Shown in pieces: positions 48,347-54,085 of a DNA stretch of 54,085 nt. The translations under genes and the position numbers were made by a program. The stretch's first letter is position 1, and every line of letters starts with the position of its first letter. Origin of the DNA: Candidatus Doudnabacteria bacterium (GTDB lineage Bacteria; Patescibacteriota; Doudnabacteria; UBA920; VMFF01); NCBI GenBank assembly GCA_028286905.1, contig JAQBQP010000002.1, forward strand, positions 122,971 to 177,055, written 5' to 3'. A model generated the notes under the pieces. It saw only the letters and a list, made by a program, of their open reading frames with translations, ran no database searches and was not told where the DNA came from.

Positions 48347-49624
48347 ATGAATAAAATTTCTCAAATTTGGAAGACGCCTGAACTTAGAAATAAGATTTTG
48401 ATAATGCTTGGTCTTTTAATTTTGACCAGAGTTTTGGCGCATGTACCGATTCCTGGAGTGAACGCTGCAAACCTTAAAAATTTCTTTAACCAAAACCAGC
48501 TATTTAACCTCTTGGATGTTTTCTCGGGCGGAGGTTTATCCCGTTTGTCTATCGCAATGTTGGGCGTTGGTCCTTATATCACAGCTTCGATCGTAATCCA
48601 ATTGTTAACAGTAATTGTCCCTTCTTTTGCAGAATTGCAGAAAGAAGGCGGTGAACAGGGTAGAGAAAAGTTAAATCAATATACCCGTTATTTAACAGTT
48701 CCTTTAGCTGTTTTACAAGGTTATGCGACAATTCGCTTATTCCAAACTGCTCAAGGCGGTTCTTCAATTGGCTTCTTAACTCCATTCCAATGGATTACTA
48801 CGCTAGCTGCGGTTGTAGTTGGTACAATCTTGTTGATGTGGTTGGGTGAACTTATTACTGAATACGGAATTGGAAACGGCATTTCGTTGATCATTTTTGC
48901 TGGTATTATTGCTAGACTGCCGCAGGCGTTGCAGCAAACCTTGGCATTGTATGACCCTTCAAAACTTCCTGAAATTATCGGATTTGTGGCATTAGGCTTA
49001 TTAGTTATTGCGGCGGTTGTATATGTTACAGAAGCACAAAGAAATATTGCTGTTTCTTACGCGAAACGAGTGCATGGCAACAAGACTTATGGCGGCGTAA
49101 ATACGCACTTACCTTTGCGTGTTAACCAAGCTGGCGTAATCCCAATCATCTTCGCAATCTCAGTGATGCTATTGCCTGGATTGGTTGCAAACTTCTTTGT
49201 CAGTGCAAAGACTCCAGCGATCGCTAATGCTGCTACTCATGTTGTAAACTTGTTCCGTAATCAGACCTTCTACGCTTCAGTATATTTTGTCTTGGTAATC
49301 TTATTTACATATCTATATACAGCAATCGTTTTCAATCCTGATGAAATTGCGGAAAATATTCAAAAGAATGGCGGCTTTATTCCTGGAATGCGTCCGGGCC
49401 GTCAAACTGCAGATTATCTTTTTCGAGTTTTGAACAGAATCACTGTTTTTGGCGCAATCTTCTTAGGCTTGATTGCCGTACTTCCTTATATTGTTCAAAG
49501 CTTTACTAATACTCAGTCTTTGACCTTGGGTGGTACTAGTTTGTTGATTGTGGTATCGGTTGTAATTGAAACTATCAAATCAATTGAAGCGCAAATGGTT
49601 ATGCGCGATTACGACACTTTCTAG
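48347..49624 (+). CDS. secY: Preprotein translocase subunit SecY
   Basis: PIPG, LG..PYITASI, GIGNGISL.IF, GVIPIIFA, IPG.RPG, GGTSLLI.V. Confidence 0.97.
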   Translation: MNKISQIWKTPELRNKILIMLGLLILTRVLAHVPIPGVNAANLKNFFNQNQLFNLLDVFSGGGLSRLSIAMLGVGPYITASIVIQLLTVIVPSFAELQKEGGEQGREKLNQYTRYLTVPLAVLQGYATIRLFQTAQGGSSIGFLTPFQWITTLAAVVVGTILLMWLGELITEYGIGNGISLIIFAGIIARLPQALQQTLALYDPSKLPEIIGFVALGLLVIAAVVYVTEAQRNIAVSYAKRVHGNKTYGGVNTHLPLRVNQAGVIPIIFAISVMLLPGLVANFFVSAKTPAIANAATHVVNLFRNQTFYASVYFVLVILFTYLYTAIVFNPDEIAENIQKNGGFIPGMRPGRQTADYLFRVLNRITVFGAIFLGLIAVLPYIVQSFTNTQSLTLGGTSLLIVVSVVIETIKSIEAQMVMRDYDTF

Positions 49625-49633
49625 CTCTAATTC

Positions 49634-49749
49634 AAAAAACAGGCAGGGGTCCTGCCGGGGTATCAATTTCTTATTCGTTTGCTCACAGGCTGCAAATTCG
49701 CAAACGAATAAGAAATTATACACTCGTCACCCCGACGCCTGTTTTTTTT
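49634..49749 (+). terminator. Very long hairpin/terminator after secY with an 18-bp perfect inverted repeat
   Basis: AAAAAACAGGC/GCCTGTTTTTT outer stem; AATTTCTTATTCGTTTGC (49665-49682) pairs with GCAAACGAATAAGAAATT (49700-49717); T-run follows. Confidence 0.75.
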
Positions 49750-49806
49750 GGTATACTATTTAAAACCTCTGTATTTTAGAGGTAAAATTAGTAAGATAAA
49801 AATCAT

Positions 49807-50331
49807 ATGGAAATTTGGTATACGATTTCAGGGGCGATTGACATTGATACTGCTCATCAACTTATAGTATGGGTAAATCAACAATTATATAACGGCTCTC
49901 CAAGTAAGTTGAAAATTTTTCTTTCTTCTACCGGCGGAGACATGGATTCAGCGGTTAGAATTTATTTTTATCTAAAAGCTTTGCCCATTGAAGTTGAGAT
50001 GATTGGTTTCGGACAAGTAGATTCTGCCGCAAACACAATCTTCGTTTCCACAAAGAATAGAAAGGCTTTAAAAAATACTAGATTCTTGTTACATGAAGGA
50101 ACTTTTACAGTGGGTAATAGCACTGCTTCTTTGGCAGCACACGAGGAGAACTTAAGGCTTTTAAATACTTTACATAAGCAGAATGTTGATATTTTGAGTT
50201 TAGAAACCGGTAAACCCAGAGAAGAAATTAGCAATATTTTAAGTGAAGCTAAAATACTCACAACGGAAGAAGCTGTGGAATTAGGTTTAGTGTCTGAAAT
50301 AATTGAAAAACTTCCTTTAATACAGAAGTAA
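49807..50331 (+). CDS. Divergent ClpP-like (S14) protein
   Basis: ISGAID, LSSTGGD, DSAA (Ser), RFLLHE (His), EEAVELGLV. Confidence 0.75.
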   Translation: MEIWYTISGAIDIDTAHQLIVWVNQQLYNGSPSKLKIFLSSTGGDMDSAVRIYFYLKALPIEVEMIGFGQVDSAANTIFVSTKNRKALKNTRFLLHEGTFTVGNSTASLAAHEENLRLLNTLHKQNVDILSLETGKPREEISNILSEAKILTTEEAVELGLVSEIIEKLPLIQK

Positions 50332-50384
50332 ATTTCCGGACCATTATATCCCGACAGGGCCCGCCCTAGCTCGTACGAAAAGCA

Positions 50385-50393
50385 TGATATAAT
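50385..50393 (+). promoter_or_regulatory. Extended -10, probable leaderless promoter of adk
   Basis: TGATATAAT ends 6 nt before ATG 50400. Confidence 0.55.
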
Positions 50394-50399
50394 ATACAC

Positions 50400-51056
50400 A
50401 TGAATACACCTCGAACCCTTATTTTTATTGGCCCTCAGGCATCTGGAAAAGGAACCCAAGCAAAACTTTTAGCTCAGAAAATCAACGGTCTGTACATCGG
50501 AACCGGTTCGATGTTCCGGAAGATTGCTAAAGAAGATACGGAGTTTGGACGCTATATCAAAGAGGTCTTGGATAGCGGCGCTTTAGTTAGCGACAAAGAC
50601 GTTGAAGAAATGCTTAGGGAAAATTTAGACAGCACATCCGACGAGCAGCGGGTTATCTTTGATGGTGTTCCTCGCAGACTTTCTCAGGCAGAATTTTTAG
50701 TAAATTATATGAAGTCGCTGGGCAAAGACGACATCGCAACTTTTTACATTAAACTCTCACGGGAAGAGGCAATTAGCAGAATGAGCGCTCGCAGAGTTTG
50801 TGTTGCTTGCGACGCCGCGCATAAAATTGCAGACCCAGAGAATATAAAAGATTGCATCAAATGCGGCGGAAAATTAGTGCAACGCGCCGATGATATGCCG
50901 GAAGCCATTCAGAAAAGATTAGATATTTATTACCATGACACCTTGCCGGTTCTGGATTATCTTAAAGAGCATAGTAATTTTTATGAGATTGATGGTACTA
51001 AATCAATCGAAGATGTGCAAAACGAAATTAATCAAACGTTAGGAATTACAGGATAA
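50400..51056 (+). CDS. adk: Adenylate kinase, long Zn-LID type
   Basis: GPQASGKGTQ, DGVPR, LID CVAC..CIKC, QRADD. Confidence 0.9.
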   Translation: MNTPRTLIFIGPQASGKGTQAKLLAQKINGLYIGTGSMFRKIAKEDTEFGRYIKEVLDSGALVSDKDVEEMLRENLDSTSDEQRVIFDGVPRRLSQAEFLVNYMKSLGKDDIATFYIKLSREEAISRMSARRVCVACDAAHKIADPENIKDCIKCGGKLVQRADDMPEAIQKRLDIYYHDTLPVLDYLKEHSNFYEIDGTKSIEDVQNEINQTLGITG

Positions 51057-51679
51057 TGTTTGATCTTATTTTATTGGGTGATCCTGCTGCAGGCAAGGCC
51101 ACTCAAGCAAAGCTGCTCTGTAAGAAATACGGATTTTATGATTTGGATATGGGTAAAGAATTGCGCAAGCTTGATAAATCTACTAAAAATCCGAAGTTAA
51201 AGCACGCATTTTCAAAAACTTTAAACAAAGGCAAGCTTACCCCAACAAAAATTGTTCGAGAGATTCTTAAAAACAAAATTTATTCAGTGCCGGCAAAACG
51301 CGGAATATTGTTTGATGGAACTCCAAAAATGATTGGTGAAGCAAAGCTGGTCTCTAAATGGTTAAAAGATGCCAAGCGTGCAGAAAAAAATATTTTAGTG
51401 CTTTACTTAAAAATTCCACAACAAGAAGTTCTACAGAGAATGTCCAGTAGAAAAGAATATTTCAAAGGAAAGTTTACTAAAAGGGTGGATGACAATGCTA
51501 CGGCATTAAAAAACAGAGTGGCGTATTACAAAAAGAACATATCAGAAGTTTTAGAATTTTTTGGAAATAAGTATGTATCCAAAACAATAAGCGGAATTGG
51601 TACAGAAAAAGAAGTATTTAATAGAATTGAAAAGCAAATTTATGAGTTCAATGCAAAAAACCAAACAAGAAATAGATAA
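51056..51679 (+). CDS. Second adenylate/NMP kinase paralog, short LID
   Basis: GDPAAGKATQ, G.L.P, FDGTPK, R.DD; TAATG-coupled to adk. Confidence 0.82.
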   Translation: MFDLILLGDPAAGKATQAKLLCKKYGFYDLDMGKELRKLDKSTKNPKLKHAFSKTLNKGKLTPTKIVREILKNKIYSVPAKRGILFDGTPKMIGEAKLVSKWLKDAKRAEKNILVLYLKIPQQEVLQRMSSRKEYFKGKFTKRVDDNATALKNRVAYYKKNISEVLEFFGNKYVSKTISGIGTEKEVFNRIEKQIYEFNAKNQTRNR

Positions 51680-52403
51680 AATCCGCGAAGGCGGAAAGAT
51701 TTTGCATGGAATTTTACGAGCAACGGCAAAACTTGTAAAGCCGGGGATTTCAACGGCGGTGCTTAATGATTTTGCAGAAAAAGAAATTGTTAAAGCGGGC
51801 GGACGTCCTTCATTTAAAAACTATGGCACTAAGGACAATCCCTTTCCTGCTGGGCTATGTACTTCTCTAAATGATGTAGTTGTACATGGAATTCCTTCCA
51901 AAAAAGAAATTCTCCAAGAGGGTGATATCGTTGGTTTGGATATTGGCATGGAGTACAAGGGGTTTTATACTGATACAGCAATTACAGTTCCAGTTGGTAA
52001 TGTTTCTGCCGAAACTCAGAAGTTACTAGAAGTCACAGAAAAAGCGTTACAGGCGGGAATAGATCAGGCTCGAGTAGGTAATCGAATTGGAGATATTGGC
52101 GCAGCGATCGAAGTTTATGCTAATAAAGCTGGCTTAGGCGTGGTTCGGGATCTAGTTGGGCATGGGGTTGGTTATGATGTCCATGAAGACCCACAGGTAC
52201 CTAATTATGGCCGTGCACATACTGGCCCGGAACTTAAAGAAGGAATGGTTTTAGCAATTGAGCCAATGTTTAACTTGGGTACGCATAAGCTAGTTTTTGA
52301 CGATTACGACGGCTGGACAATTTCAACGGCTGATGGAAAATATTCCGCACATTTTGAACATACTATCGCGGTAACTAAAAATCGCCCAGAAATATTAACT
52401 TAA
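51642..52403 (+). CDS. map: Methionine aminopeptidase type I
   Basis: C.S.N..VVHGIP, GD...LDIG, DTA.T, GHGVG, HEDP, AIEPM, SAHFEHT; start 51642 or 51651. Confidence 0.95.
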   Translation: MSSMQKTKQEIDKIREGGKILHGILRATAKLVKPGISTAVLNDFAEKEIVKAGGRPSFKNYGTKDNPFPAGLCTSLNDVVVHGIPSKKEILQEGDIVGLDIGMEYKGFYTDTAITVPVGNVSAETQKLLEVTEKALQAGIDQARVGNRIGDIGAAIEVYANKAGLGVVRDLVGHGVGYDVHEDPQVPNYGRAHTGPELKEGMVLAIEPMFNLGTHKLVFDDYDGWTISTADGKYSAHFEHTIAVTKNRPEILT

Positions 52404-52407
52404 ATTT

Positions 52408-54085
52408 ATGGCTACACAAACAAAAAAATACGGAGATAAAATGAATTGGGATTTGTCGGCTATGTATTCTGGCTCGGAAGATCCAAAATTAACCAAAGAT
52501 CTAAAAGCGCTACAAGTTGCGGCTGCAAACATCGAATTGAAACACAAAGGCAAGCTGGCTAAGTATAATGCTAAGCAACTGCGTAGTTTTTTTATTGATA
52601 ACGATAAATTTACAGATAAACTTTATCGATTAGATGCTTTTTCAGAATTGGCGGTCTCTAGAAATTCTGCCGACCAGCAAGCTCTGGTTTTATCGCAAAA
52701 ATTAAAATTGGCGATTGCGGATCTGTCCAGCCATTTTATTTTTATTGACATTGAGCTTGCAAAACATCCAAAGTTAAAAGAATTAGAAAAGTCTAAGGAA
52801 CTCGCGCCTTTTAACATATATATAGAGAACATTCTTAAATTCAAAAAACATCTTTTAAAGCATGATCAGGAAGATATTATTAATAAGCTTTCGGTTACGG
52901 CTCGAGACGGCTGGGATAAATTAGGCGAACAAAATTTTTCAAAAGCAACCCAATTGTTTAGAGGTAAGCTTCTTACTAAGGAACAGCTTTTTAATCTAGT
53001 TCGTTCGGAAGACCGCCAAACCAGGAAAGATGCTGCCAATGCTTATTCAGAACTGTTAAATAAAAATATTGATTTAAACGTGCATATTTACAACATGCTA
53101 CTTTTGAATAAGTTCCAAGAAGACAAGCTTCGAAAATATAATTATCCTGAAGAATCCAGGCACCTTGCGAACGGTGTTACCGAAAGTTCCGTGGATTTAA
53201 TGGTCGAGCTGGCTAAACAAAATGTCGGAGACGTTCAACGTTTTTATAGAATAAAACGAAAACTATTAAAATTAAAAGATTTATATTATTATGATCGCTT
53301 GGCCGAAGTAAGCTTAAAAAACGCCAAGGTTCAAAAATATAACTATTCAGAAGCGGTCGAAATGGTGCAGCAATCCTTTTTAGGATTTGATCCAGAATTT
53401 GCAAGTATTTTTTTGGATTTAGTTAACTCGAATCGAATTGATGCTGAAGTTCGAAAAGGCAAACGCGGCGGCGGTTTTTGTATGTATATGCCTAAGGATA
53501 TTAAGCCGTATATTTTAGTTAATTTCTTTGGTTCGCCTCGAGATATTCAAACTTTAGCGCATGAAGCTGGACATGCTATTCATGACACCTTAGCTACTAA
53601 AAAATTACCCCTCAGTGTCGCGCACCCACCTTTAAGTTTGGCTGAGGTTTCTAGTATTTTTGGCGAGATGATTATGTTTGAAAGTTTGCTTAAAAAAGCA
53701 AAAACTAGAGAACAAAAAATTGTTTTATTAGTTGAAAGGCTTGATGACATTCTTGCGACGATTTTTAGGCAAATTGCTTATTATATTTTTGAAAAAAAAG
53801 CGCATAATCAATTAAGAGAAAAAGGCGCCTTAACTGAAGTTCAACTTAAAGAGTATTGGCAAGAAGCCCAAAAAGCGACTTACGGGGATTCTGTAAAAGT
53901 TGATGATGATTTTGGTAATTGGTGGTCTTATATCTCGCACTTTTACAGCTCTCCTTTCTATGTTTATGCTTATTCAATGGCAAATCTCCTAGTATTTGCG
54001 ATATATAAAAAGTACAAAGACGGGGATCCGAATTTTGTGGAAAAATATAAGAGCTTTTTAGCGTTAGGCGGAACCAAAACTACCT
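52408..54085 (+). CDS. Oligoendopeptidase F-like (M3B), 3'-truncated by window edge; absent from the supplied ORF track
   Basis: ATG 52408, N-terminal WDLS.MY, GKRGGGFC, TLAHEAGH (His codon at 53560), LAEVSS.F.E, HFY..PFYVYAY in the same frame. Confidence 0.9.
   Translation, partial: MATQTKKYGDKMNWDLSAMYSGSEDPKLTKDLKALQVAAANIELKHKGKLAKYNAKQLRSFFIDNDKFTDKLYRLDAFSELAVSRNSADQQALVLSQKLKLAIADLSSHFIFIDIELAKHPKLKELEKSKELAPFNIYIENILKFKKHLLKHDQEDIINKLSVTARDGWDKLGEQNFSKATQLFRGKLLTKEQLFNLVRSEDRQTRKDAANAYSELLNKNIDLNVHIYNMLLLNKFQEDKLRKYNYPEESRHLANGVTESSVDLMVELAKQNVGDVQRFYRIKRKLLKLKDLYYYDRLAEVSLKNAKVQKYNYSEAVEMVQQSFLGFDPEFASIFLDLVNSNRIDAEVRKGKRGGGFCMYMPKDIKPYILVNFFGSPRDIQTLAHEAGHAIHDTLATKKLPLSVAHPPLSLAEVSSIFGEMIMFESLLKKAKTREQKIVLLVERLDDILATIFRQIAYYIFEKKAHNQLREKGALTEVQLKEYWQEAQKATYGDSVKVDDDFGNWWSYISHFYSSPFYVYAYSMANLLVFAIYKKYKDGDPNFVEKYKSFLALGGTKTT

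Noticed and set aside
11882-48785. Antisense ORFs over pnp, fusA, tuf and ribosomal protein genes
   Set aside because: Typical codon-bias shadows of highly expressed genes with no recognisable motifs.
1-54085. Alternative genetic code (TGA = Gly or Trp)
   Set aside because: All conserved genes are full length under code 11 with no in-frame TGA; only the absence of TGA stops is reported.

Overview
Core-genome window from an AT-rich bacterium with Patescibacteria/CPR traits: no rpmD (uL30) between rpsE and rplO, alpha2-type GlyRS, most starts lacking a Shine-Dalgarno, and extended ribosomal proteins. It holds housekeeping genes (xer recombinase, rpsO-pnp, tgt, glyQS, nfo, metG, tatD, leuS, glyA, parB), two tRNAs (Arg-TCT, Leu-CAA), a GH1-EamA-GH-ROK sugar module and the str/S10/spc ribosomal superoperon, which is broken at several junctions by terminator + orphan gene + new promoter. 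Most notable: (1) the str-operon EF-G has non-canonical base-specificity motifs (G4 NKIN, G5 GGDGRG) while EF-Tu is canonical; (2) two GC-rich orphan cassettes share one promoter/leader/3'-end architecture; (3) none of 62 complete genes ends in TGA; (4) several genes look leaderless (TGnTAnnnT-N6-ATG); (5) several structured leader or intergenic RNAs (rpsO, pnp, rpsL, tuf, rpsJ-rplC, secY). No CRISPR array, cas gene, transposase or prophage was seen. Family calls come from motif recognition by eye; no database searches or folding programs were run.
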